Shown in pieces: positions 47,126 through 47,565 of a stretch of 47,565 nt of DNA. A program made the position numbers and the translations under genes. Numbering within the stretch: the first letter of the stretch is position 1; each line of letters opens with the position of its first letter. The stretch is from Halodesulfurarchaeum sp. (lineage in GTDB: Archaea > Halobacteriota > Halobacteria > Halobacteriales > Halobacteriaceae): the NCBI GenBank assembly GCA_042216015.1, contig JBDGUI010000030.1, positions 1 to 47,565 of the forward strand, read 5' to 3'. A model generated the notes under the pieces. That model was not told the origin of the DNA. It made no database searches and was given only the letters and a program-made list of their open reading frames with translations.

Positions 47126-47565
47126 ATGAGTGATGCCACAATTCGAACGTATAGCGGCGAGCGACAGCGGACGGAGGTAGACGAATCGGTCGAAGAAACA
47201 GAGGCCGAACAGGAGTCCGTCGAGGAGGACGTCTGTCCCGAGTGTGGCGGCCGCCTCGATACAGACGAGGAGCGCGGGGAGACGGTCTGCTCCGAGTGTG
47301 GCCTCGTCGTCGAAGAGGACGAGATCGACCGGGGTCCGGAGTGGCGGGCCTTCGATTCGGCAGAGAAGGACGAGAAGTCCCGCGTGGGCGCCCCCACGAC
47401 GAATATGATGCACGACAAGGGGCTCTCGACGAACATCGGCTGGCAGGACAAGGACGCCTACGGCCGGTCGCTGTCCAGCCGCCAGCGCCAGAAGATGCAG
47501 CGCCTGCGCACCTGGAACGAGCGCTTCCGCACCCGAAACTCGAAGGAGCGCAACCTCAAGCAGGC
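47126..47565 (+). CDS. tfb: transcription initiation factor IIB (5' part, truncated by the window end)
   Basis: Not in the ORF track because it has no stop. Read manually as MSDATIRTY...CPECGG...VCSECGLV...IDRGPEWRAF...SRVGAP...HDKGLST...RLRTWNERFR. Confidence 0.96.
   Translation, partial: MSDATIRTYSGERQRTEVDESVEETEAEQESVEEDVCPECGGRLDTDEERGETVCSECGLVVEEDEIDRGPEWRAFDSAEKDEKSRVGAPTTNMMHDKGLSTNIGWQDKDAYGRSLSSRQRQKMQRLRTWNERFRTRNSKERNLKQ

Noticed and set aside
146..47451. Many long alternative-frame and antisense ORFs, e.g. 35871-37724 (+, 617 aa), 8318-9721, 15045-16427, 23054-24307 and 45091-46260
   Set aside because: They shadow well-supported genes, lack motifs and are Arg/Pro/Ser-rich or antisense-derived, as expected from high GC content and biased codon use.
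1..47565. CRISPR arrays, IS elements, inteins, frameshifted genes or in-frame TGA recoding
   Set aside because: I saw no regularly spaced repeats, transposase motifs or unexplained insertions, and all recognised genes look full length except tfb at the window edge.

Overview
A GC-rich, gene-dense chromosomal segment from a halophilic archaeon (Halobacteria). The evidence is the strongly acidic proteins, archaeal information-processing genes, a PGF-CTERM protein and TATA boxes about 30 nt before many ATGs. It holds about 56 CDS and 2 tRNAs (Thr-CGT, Glu-CTC), and no recognisable transposase, integrase, CRISPR array or rRNA. Most of it is housekeeping: trm5, dph5, a DRG GTPase, rpl11-rpl1-rpl10-rpl12, gatE, fumC, fen, srp19-gar1-presenilin, a thermosome subunit, cspA, ribL, phoU, tfe, trm56 and a truncated tfb. 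The most notable part is a redox and thiol neighbourhood at about 24.3-33.6 kb. It contains AMMECR1+MEMO1, a DsbA lipoprotein, thioredoxin, a Cys-bearing single-domain TrmB/OxsR-like regulator, a CoA-disulfide-reductase-like flavoprotein, a 1-Cys peroxiredoxin, photolyase and SOD. A palindromic motif TATTG-N11-CAATA sits immediately upstream of the TATA box of three of these genes, suggesting a candidate regulon. Other non-coding signals are a structured rpl1 leader, a candidate sRNA between convergent genes at about 36.0 kb, a T-arm-like palindrome after tRNA-Glu, a perfect 14-bp palindrome upstream of cspA and a possible pseudoknot in the tfb leader. All family assignments come from recognising motifs by eye; no database search was run. 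Start codons were moved from the ORF track where the homologous N-terminus clearly begins downstream.
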